Shown here piece after piece: positions 38,932 to 44,953 of a DNA stretch of 44,953 nucleotides. This DNA is from Elusimicrobiota bacterium. Lineage in GTDB: Bacteria > Elusimicrobiota > Elusimicrobia > UBA1565. Every line of letters begins with the position of its first letter. The first letter of the stretch is position 1. The position numbers were made by a program, and so were the translations under genes. The stretch spans positions 1 to 44,953 of the forward strand of contig JBDREN010000216.1 in NCBI GenBank assembly GCA_043819795.1, in the 5' to 3' direction. The notes under the pieces are model-generated. The model searched no databases, was not told where the DNA came from, and saw nothing but the letters and a program-made list of their open reading frames with translations.

Positions 38932-39285
38932 CTAGTAGTACGCCATCAGAATCGCCTGCCCGGCCTTCATGAAGTACGTCTTCAGCTGCGTCTGGAGCAC
39001 CCGGTAGAGTCCTGTAAAAAGGAACAGGAGCATAAGGGTCATCAGCATGTACTCCACTAATGCTTGCCCCCTTGTCGCACCCCGCGCTCCGCGCGGGGCT
39101 GAAGCCTCGCTCCGGAAGGAAACCCGCTCCGCTCGGCGCTCCCCCTGGGGGCTGCCGCCACCTCGGGCCCGCAAGAACCCTTCGGGCCCTTGCGGGTCAC
39201 CCCCGCTAAGGTCGGCGGACCATGCCGCCGGCTCATAGGGCGCAGGGTTTCGGTTTCCTGAAAATTTTGACGGCAGTAGCGTCAT
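38932..39285 (-). CDS. Second Flp-like pilin (44-aa mature); start uncertain
   Basis: RG|QALVEYMLMTLMLLFLF motif; the long leader spans a palindromic element. Confidence 0.65.
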   Translation of the reverse strand: MTLLPSKFSGNRNPAPYEPAAWSADLSGGDPQGPEGFLRARGGGSPQGERRAERVSFRSEASAPRGARGATRGQALVEYMLMTLMLLFLFTGLYRVLQTQLKTYFMKAGQAILMAYY

Positions 39286-39323
39286 TTCCCGGCTCTTTCC
39301 GTCGATTTTTGCCTTCTCTCCTA

Positions 39324-39352
39324 AGTCTACCAGGAGAACCCCGCTTCGTCAA
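39324..39352 (-). promoter_or_regulatory. Sigma70-type promoter for the pilin/Tad genes
   Basis: TTGACG-N17-TAGACT with a TG extension. Confidence 0.7.
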
Positions 39353-39396
39353 GGACATGAGGGCCCACCCGAAATACCTCGATAATTCCTGCGCAT

Positions 39397-40437
39397 TCAG
39401 AACTTCAGCTTAAGCGACAGCATGTCGGCCGTCCCCAAAGTGCCCAGCGAAACCAGGGCGTAGTCGAAAGCGATCCCGTAGCCGAAAGCCTGAGCCGTGA
39501 AGAGCCCGATGCCGAAGCTCAGGTTCGGCGAGCCCACCAGAGGATACGCCATATGGCGGTCGTCTTCGAGCACCCGGCCCATATCGTCGGTGCTGTGGTA
39601 GCCCACCCGGAGATAGACCTGCCCCACCTGCAGCAGGTCCTCGGGGAGCAGGAACTCCCCCCCTAATCCCATTCGGACGGGGCCGTCGGCCGCCTTATTG
39701 ATCTCTATCGAGGTGGTGAGCATGTCGAACAGCCGCACGGCCGCCCCGCCCCGGGTAATCCGCGCGATGCGTGTGGTGCCCGCCCCGAAGTTCTGCGAGG
39801 CGAAGCCGAACGTGACGTAGGAGTTCGGCCTCAGCAAGGCGCCGAAATCCCCCGCCAGGATGTCGTGGATCGTGCCGTCGTTGTCCTCGTGCACGGCCTT
39901 CAGGCTCGCGCCGAGGAACATCTTCTCGTACCAGAAGGAGCGCGCGATGCTCAGCGTCGCGAAACCGTCCTGGACGCGCACGTCGCTGCTGTTTAGCTGC
40001 CTGCCCTGCTCGTCGCGCACGTCGAAGTCGTCGATGCTCAGGTACGCGCCGTTGACGCCGAGGACGGTCCTCCCCAGAGGGTGCGCGTACGCCATATAGA
40101 ACGGCGAATCGATCTCCTGTATGTAGCGGAGATAGGAATAGGTGAACTCGCGCTGCTGCGTGAGCGCCAGGCCCGCGGGATTCCAGGTCATGGCGTCGGT
40201 CCCCTCGGCCAGCGCCACGTACGCCCGGCCCAGCGAAAGAGCGCGGGCGTTGCCGATGCCTATCTTCATGAACGCGGCGCCGCCCGTCCCGGCGTCCGGG
40301 TCGATGGCCCAGGCCGCCTGGCCGGGAAGAAGCCCCGAGAGAGCCAGGATCGCGGCCGCGGCCAGCCAGGCCCTCGGGCCTCCGCCGGGTCCGCGCCGCC
40401 TCGCCATCTCCGCTTTCCTCGCCATCACGCGCGCCAT
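39397..40437 (-). CDS. PorV/PorQ (UPF0164)-family outer-membrane beta-barrel
   Basis: GAAFMKIGIGNARALSLGRAYVALAEG..AMTWNPAGL family motif, signal peptide, C-terminal Phe (LSLKLKF). Confidence 0.82.
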   Translation of the reverse strand: MARVMARKAEMARRRGPGGGPRAWLAAAAILALSGLLPGQAAWAIDPDAGTGGAAFMKIGIGNARALSLGRAYVALAEGTDAMTWNPAGLALTQQREFTYSYLRYIQEIDSPFYMAYAHPLGRTVLGVNGAYLSIDDFDVRDEQGRQLNSSDVRVQDGFATLSIARSFWYEKMFLGASLKAVHEDNDGTIHDILAGDFGALLRPNSYVTFGFASQNFGAGTTRIARITRGGAAVRLFDMLTTSIEINKAADGPVRMGLGGEFLLPEDLLQVGQVYLRVGYHSTDDMGRVLEDDRHMAYPLVGSPNLSFGIGLFTAQAFGYGIAFDYALVSLGTLGTADMLSLKLKF

Positions 40438-40444
40438 CGGCTCC

Positions 40445-43400
40445 CTAAGGGATCAACACCTTCTTCACCGCCTGGAACACGACCGCCTCGCCCTTTGTGG
40501 CCTCCTCCCGGATCACCGCGAAATAGACCCCGTGCGCCACCCGCCGGCCGGCCTGGTTCGTCTTGTTCCAGACGAACTCGAAGGGTCCGGTCGGATCGTT
40601 GTAGGTGGGAGACAGCAGGCCGAAGTCCTCGCCTCTCACAAGGTCTCCAGCGATGTTGTAGATATTGAGGCTCACCACCGCTTCCTTGGGCACATAGATC
40701 CGGAACGTGGCCGTCGGCCCCCGGGCGGGGTTCGGGTAGACGAACGTGTTCTCCTCGAAATCCTTGCGGGTGTCCGCCGAGCCCGCCCGCACGACCGGGA
40801 CCTCCGCGATGACCAGGTCCTCGGCTAGGGCCGCCCCGGCCACGAGGTCCCCGGAGATCGAGTCGATCGCGTTGATGTCGGTCGAGCCGACGATCTTGAA
40901 GAGATAGTTGCCGTCCGGCACGATGCTCAGCGTCTCGTCCTTCCCGTCCCAGGCCTGGTTGACCTCGTTGCGGGCGGGCTGGACGCCCACGAACCGCTTC
41001 ACGAGGCTCCCGGCCTCCGGCGGCGACGGGTTGCCGTTGGCGTCGAACGTCGTCCCGGGCTTGTAGATCTTTATCGCCGTCTTCATCGTCTCGGACACCT
41101 GGTAGGCGATCAGGGCCGTGCCGAAGTCCGCCCGAAGCGGGCTGACGGCCACATCGTAGATCCGCAGGGGGTCCACCGAGATCGTCTGCTGCGCGGTCGA
41201 GCCCGAGGAGAGCACCGACGCCAGGTCCTCGGCCACGGCGCGCACCGTGTAGAAGCCCGGCTGCACGAAATTGCCGGCGTCGTCGCGAGCGTCCCAGAAC
41301 TCCCGGTTCAGGAGGTTCGCGTCGCGCACGTCGCCGGAGATGAGCGTCCTCACGACGCGCGGGTTGATGTCGGTCGTGATGATCGAGATCGTCACCGAGG
41401 ACTGCCGCGTCAGGGAGTAGTCCACCTCGTAGGGCGGCAGCGAGATCGTCTGGCTCGAGTTGAACATCTCCGGGAACGTCGGCGTGATGTTGAACACCGG
41501 GAAGACGATCGCGCCCCTGGCCACGGTGAGCGACCCGGCCACCTGGTCGGTGGCGAAATACTTCGGAGTGGTCGTGGACTGCGCCGCCAGGGTGAAGACG
41601 TAGGTCCCGTCCGGGACGAACAGGCCGTTGGAGTCGCGGCCGTCCCAGAACTCGGTGATCTTCAACCGCCCCGGCCGCAGCCCCTTGATCGTGATCAGCG
41701 GCACGGCCGTGCCGCCCCCGTTGGTCACCTGCGCGCACGAGGACGGGTCGAGCTCGCCGCACGGAGGCCAGGTGGCCGTCGAGCCGCTGATGACCGTGCC
41801 CGGCGGGTAGATCTTCCAGGCGGCCTGCATCGGCTGCGAAAGCTGGTAGCTGAGGGTGATGACGTCGGTCGCCCCGGTCAAGAGCGGCGTCGTCGCGAGG
41901 TCCGTGATCCGGAACAGGTCGACCGGGAACAGGGCCGTCGTAGTCGAGACCTTGGCCGGAAAGAACACGTCCGCCGCCGTCAGCTGCACGAGATACGTGC
42001 CCGAGCCGATCCAGCCGCCGTCGTTGTCCGTCGGGATGATCCAGCGCTCCTTGTTCAGGAAATTGCCGGGCCGGACCTGGTTGTCGACCAGCGTCCGGAC
42101 GAGCCGCGTCCCCGTGCGGTCGAAGACCTTCAGGGTGACGTTCGCCTCGCGCGAGAGCGAATAGCTGAACGTGAACGGATCGAGCCCCGCGACCGAAGGC
42201 GAGGAGCCTATGACCGAGGACGACGGGCCTATCTGGCTGATCGTGACGAGCCCCCGCGCGACCGACAGGTAGCCGCTGCGCGCGTTCGACGACCAGATCC
42301 TTTTGTCGGTGTCGACCCCGCCGGGACAGCCGACCCTGTAGGAGAACCCGTTCTGCGACGGAAGGTCGGCGTAGATCACGAAGACGTAGTCGCCGTCGGG
42401 CATGACGTTCCCGGCGGAGTCCCGCCCGTCCCAGAAGGAGATCACGGACTTCCTGAACTCCTTCTGCTCCTCGATGTGCCGGACCGGCAGCACCGGGGCG
42501 GGCCCCGAGAGGCGCGCCCCGAAGTCCTTCTTGACGCCCGCCTGATCGAGGGCGGTGCCCGGGCACACGTCCGGCAGCTGGTTCACGCTGTTGAGCCCGT
42601 TGATAAACTGCGTCCCCGGCGGGTAGATATCCACGGAGACCATGCCCGGCTCTGTCAGCATGTAGCTAAGCACCGCCAGCGAGGTGGATTGGCCCGTGAG
42701 CGGCTGGACGCGGATGTCGGTGATCTGCAGCGTGTCGAGCGCGATCTGCCGGGTGGTCGCGATGCTGAGGTCCGCGCCGAACTGGTCGACCGCGAAGGCC
42801 TGCAGCTGCGCCAGATAGACGCCCGGCGGACCGAGGTCGCCGTTATCCCAGCGGCCGTTCCAGGAGTCGCCGTTCTGAAGCGTCCCGTTCGGCGTCCCCT
42901 CCCCCACGCGCGGAAGGCCCGGCACGATCGTCCGTATGACCGGGTTCAATAGGCTCGTGTCGCTCTGGTGGATCGTGAGGTACATCGTCGCGTCCTTCGA
43001 AAGCCGGTACGTGATGTTGTAGGGCTCGGCCGCGACCCCGGTGAGTTCGCCGGCGACCGTCGGCGTCGTGCGGACCACGTGGACGTTCGTCACGTCCACG
43101 AGGATCGGCTTCTCGTCCACGAAGGCGTCGTCGGCGTCCCGCGTGAAGCCGCCCGGGTAGGCGCGGGTCTGCGTGATGTTGATGTTGCCGCTCGCGCCGG
43201 TCTGATTGGTCGCCACCGTCGCGCGGAAGCCGTACTGCCCGTTGGTCTTACCGAACTCCCCCTGGATGTTGTAGGAACCGTCCCAGAGCACGCAGAAGGG
43301 GGACAGAAGCGCGATGCCGCCCCCCGAGGAGTCGGTCCCGGCGGGGATCTGCCCCGGGTTGTCGACGAAGAACGTCCTCAGGGGGGGCGTGGACTGCGCG

Positions 43401-43891
43401 TCGAGCGGGTTGGCCCCCTGGCCGAACTTGAATATCTCGAACGAGACGAAATCGAGCGCGAAGGCGGTGTTCCCCGCCTGCGTGTTGGACCAGCCGACCT
43501 TGGTGCACAAATGGATCTTCTCGTTGCAGAAGTTGGCGGAGACGGTGCCTTTCGGATAGGTCGCCCCGAACTCGCAGTCCGGGAAGTTGTTGCCGACGCG
43601 CTGGTCGAACTGGATGTTCGGGTTGTTGGAGATGTTCCCGTCCTGGGGCCTCAGTGGCCGGTTCCCCGCGCCGTCGTGGCAGTTGAGCTGGGTCGGCTTG
43701 GAGGGGTTGAGCGAGCAGTTGATGCCCTTATGATGTACCCACAAGGAGTCGATGAAGACCTGCTGGGCGTAAAGCGGCGCGGCCGCGGCGATCACCAGGA
43801 CGGCGACGGCGGCTTGAAAGACCCCGCGGAGCGGGGTCGCGACATCCGGACGGAAGCCGGACACAAGAGAAGGTCGGCGCTGTTGGAGCAT
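40445..43891 (-). CDS. Exported protein of tandem FlgD-Ig-like domains with a T9SS-type C-terminal domain
   Basis: Signal peptide (..PLYA|QQ); eight W(D/N)G.D..G....G.Y-type units; terminal YPNP..IYNIAGDLVR..GVYF..KKVLIP. Confidence 0.82.
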   Translation of the reverse strand: MLQQRRPSLVSGFRPDVATPLRGVFQAAVAVLVIAAAAPLYAQQVFIDSLWVHHKGINCSLNPSKPTQLNCHDGAGNRPLRPQDGNISNNPNIQFDQRVGNNFPDCEFGATYPKGTVSANFCNEKIHLCTKVGWSNTQAGNTAFALDFVSFEIFKFGQGANPLDAQSTPPLRTFFVDNPGQIPAGTDSSGGGIALLSPFCVLWDGSYNIQGEFGKTNGQYGFRATVATNQTGASGNINITQTRAYPGGFTRDADDAFVDEKPILVDVTNVHVVRTTPTVAGELTGVAAEPYNITYRLSKDATMYLTIHQSDTSLLNPVIRTIVPGLPRVGEGTPNGTLQNGDSWNGRWDNGDLGPPGVYLAQLQAFAVDQFGADLSIATTRQIALDTLQITDIRVQPLTGQSTSLAVLSYMLTEPGMVSVDIYPPGTQFINGLNSVNQLPDVCPGTALDQAGVKKDFGARLSGPAPVLPVRHIEEQKEFRKSVISFWDGRDSAGNVMPDGDYVFVIYADLPSQNGFSYRVGCPGGVDTDKRIWSSNARSGYLSVARGLVTISQIGPSSSVIGSSPSVAGLDPFTFSYSLSREANVTLKVFDRTGTRLVRTLVDNQVRPGNFLNKERWIIPTDNDGGWIGSGTYLVQLTAADVFFPAKVSTTTALFPVDLFRITDLATTPLLTGATDVITLSYQLSQPMQAAWKIYPPGTVISGSTATWPPCGELDPSSCAQVTNGGGTAVPLITIKGLRPGRLKITEFWDGRDSNGLFVPDGTYVFTLAAQSTTTPKYFATDQVAGSLTVARGAIVFPVFNITPTFPEMFNSSQTISLPPYEVDYSLTRQSSVTISIITTDINPRVVRTLISGDVRDANLLNREFWDARDDAGNFVQPGFYTVRAVAEDLASVLSSGSTAQQTISVDPLRIYDVAVSPLRADFGTALIAYQVSETMKTAIKIYKPGTTFDANGNPSPPEAGSLVKRFVGVQPARNEVNQAWDGKDETLSIVPDGNYLFKIVGSTDINAIDSISGDLVAGAALAEDLVIAEVPVVRAGSADTRKDFEENTFVYPNPARGPTATFRIYVPKEAVVSLNIYNIAGDLVRGEDFGLLSPTYNDPTGPFEFVWNKTNQAGRRVAHGVYFAVIREEATKGEAVVFQAVKKVLIP

Positions 43892-44002
43892 AATGCGGCC
43901 GAGCAGGCTGCTGCGCTTCCTATTAGCCAGTGTAGGCCCGGACAGTTTCGGATTTATTAACCGGACGTAAAGAAACTGTTGTGCGGCCCATCATAGCACA
44001 TC

Positions 44003-44953
44003 TCAACGACCCTCAAGCCGCCGGAGGTTGCGGAGGGCGTCCCCCTGCCGCGGGTTCCAGCGCAGGGCCTTCCGGTAGCTCCGGACGGCCCCGCCGGCGT
44101 CCCCCCGGCGCTCCAGTGCCCGGCCCCGGTTGTTCAGGATGTCGGCGCCCAACGTCCGCCGCTGGCCGCGCCCAACGCGCGCCAGCGCCTCGGCGTAGGC
44201 CGCCTCCGCCCGGCCGAAGTCCCCCGCCGTTTCGTGGACCCATCCGAGCGTGAAGCGCGGCTGGGCCTGGGCCGGACGCAGCCGGACGGCCGCGGCCGCG
44301 CTCTCGGCTGCCTCCCCGGCCCGTCCGGCGCGCGCGAGGACGTAGGCCTTCATGAGCAGCGCGATGACGCAGCCGCCGTGCGGGGCCTGCTCGAGCGCCC
44401 GGTCGAGCTCCTCCAGCACGCCTTCCGAAGAGGCGGGCTCGCGCAGCAGCGGCTCGAGGTACTGGTAGTTCCCCCGTCCCGGCCGAACAAGCTCGTAGCC
44501 GTGGCGCGCGATCAGGCCCGCGTGCTCCTCGGTGTCCCGAAGATACACCATGGCCTCGTCATCCCAATAGACGAGCCTCCATTCAGGAAGCTCGTCGAGG
44601 ACGCGCGACGTATAGGCGCCCGAAACGTGGCGCCGGATCACCGCGTAGTCGAAGCGATAGCGCCCGTCGAGCGCCTTCCATACCTCGGGCCGATGCCAGG
44701 AAAGGGCCGCGCGCACGAGCTCCGGACCGTACTCCACGTTCCTGCCGTCGATGAAGACCTTGCGCGCCGGATGCCCCATGTAGATGAGAGGGCCTCCTGA
44801 CTCGTACTCGTTGAACATCCTCCCCCGGACGCCCGCGCGATCCAGGAACCCGACGGCCCCGGCGAACGGCTCTTCCACGCCGAACCCGAGTCGCGTGAGC
44901 AGATGGGGGTGGAGGTAGACGGTATGCGCCCAAGCCGCGGCCGCCATCGCCGC
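44003..44953 (-). CDS. Partial (5'-truncated) membrane-associated protein with C-terminal TPRs, possibly GT-C glycosyltransferase-like
   Basis: RMFNEYESGG..KVFIDGR, WRLVYWDD and three to four TPRs; the frame runs off the window end. Confidence 0.65.
   Translation of the reverse strand, partial: AAMAAAAWAHTVYLHPHLLTRLGFGVEEPFAGAVGFLDRAGVRGRMFNEYESGGPLIYMGHPARKVFIDGRNVEYGPELVRAALSWHRPEVWKALDGRYRFDYAVIRRHVSGAYTSRVLDELPEWRLVYWDDEAMVYLRDTEEHAGLIARHGYELVRPGRGNYQYLEPLLREPASSEGVLEELDRALEQAPHGGCVIALLMKAYVLARAGRAGEAAESAAAAVRLRPAQAQPRFTLGWVHETAGDFGRAEAAYAEALARVGRGQRRTLGADILNNRGRALERRGDAGGAVRSYRKALRWNPRQGDALRNLRRLEGR

Noticed and set aside
31566..39285. Calling the Tad locus a Myxococcus-type Kil predation system
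   Set aside because: No FHA-domain proteins or other Kil-specific genes are visible; only general Tad homology is supported.
40445..43891. Flagellar hook-capping gene flgD
   Set aside because: Only the Ig-like repeat is shared; the protein has a Sec signal, eight repeats and no flagellar neighbours.
43942..43979. Inverted repeat ACAGTTTC-N22-GAAACTGT upstream of the Ig-repeat gene
   Set aside because: Single occurrence with a long spacer; too weak to call an operator.

Overview
A GC-rich bacterial chromosomal window with no rRNA, tRNA, CRISPR array or mobile element that I can see. The gene style suggests a diderm organism, possibly Elusimicrobiota (inference only). From left to right it holds: an sdhCAB succinate dehydrogenase/fumarate reductase operon; a receiver + metallo-beta-lactamase-fold hydrolase pair; a 997-aa multi-TM HtpX/M48-type protease; an alpha/beta hydrolase; and a plus-strand ECF sigma/zinc anti-sigma/O-antigen-ligase-TPR/HEAT cluster. 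The rest is one ~31.7 kb minus-strand run. In transcription order it encodes a partial TPR membrane protein, a protein of 8 FlgD-Ig repeats with a T9SS-like C-terminal domain, a PorV-like beta-barrel, and an unusual Tad/Flp pilus locus (two pilins, TadE, CpaB, a minimal secretin, a TadZ-TadA fusion, TadB with an extra exported domain, TadC, a TPR protein). It continues with a seven-gene signalling cassette ending in a NarL-family regulator, a leader ORF + beta-barrel + 2155-aa double-subtilase, and an amidase. Main observations: (1) a DosR-like three-box promoter with identical spacing precedes both giant protease loci; (2) the double subtilase contains a SecM/RAPP-like arrest motif; (3) the Tad machine is re-engineered and sits beside T9SS-like parts; (4) the ECF promoter occurs twice; (5) two genes are frameshifted at 7-nt homopolymers.
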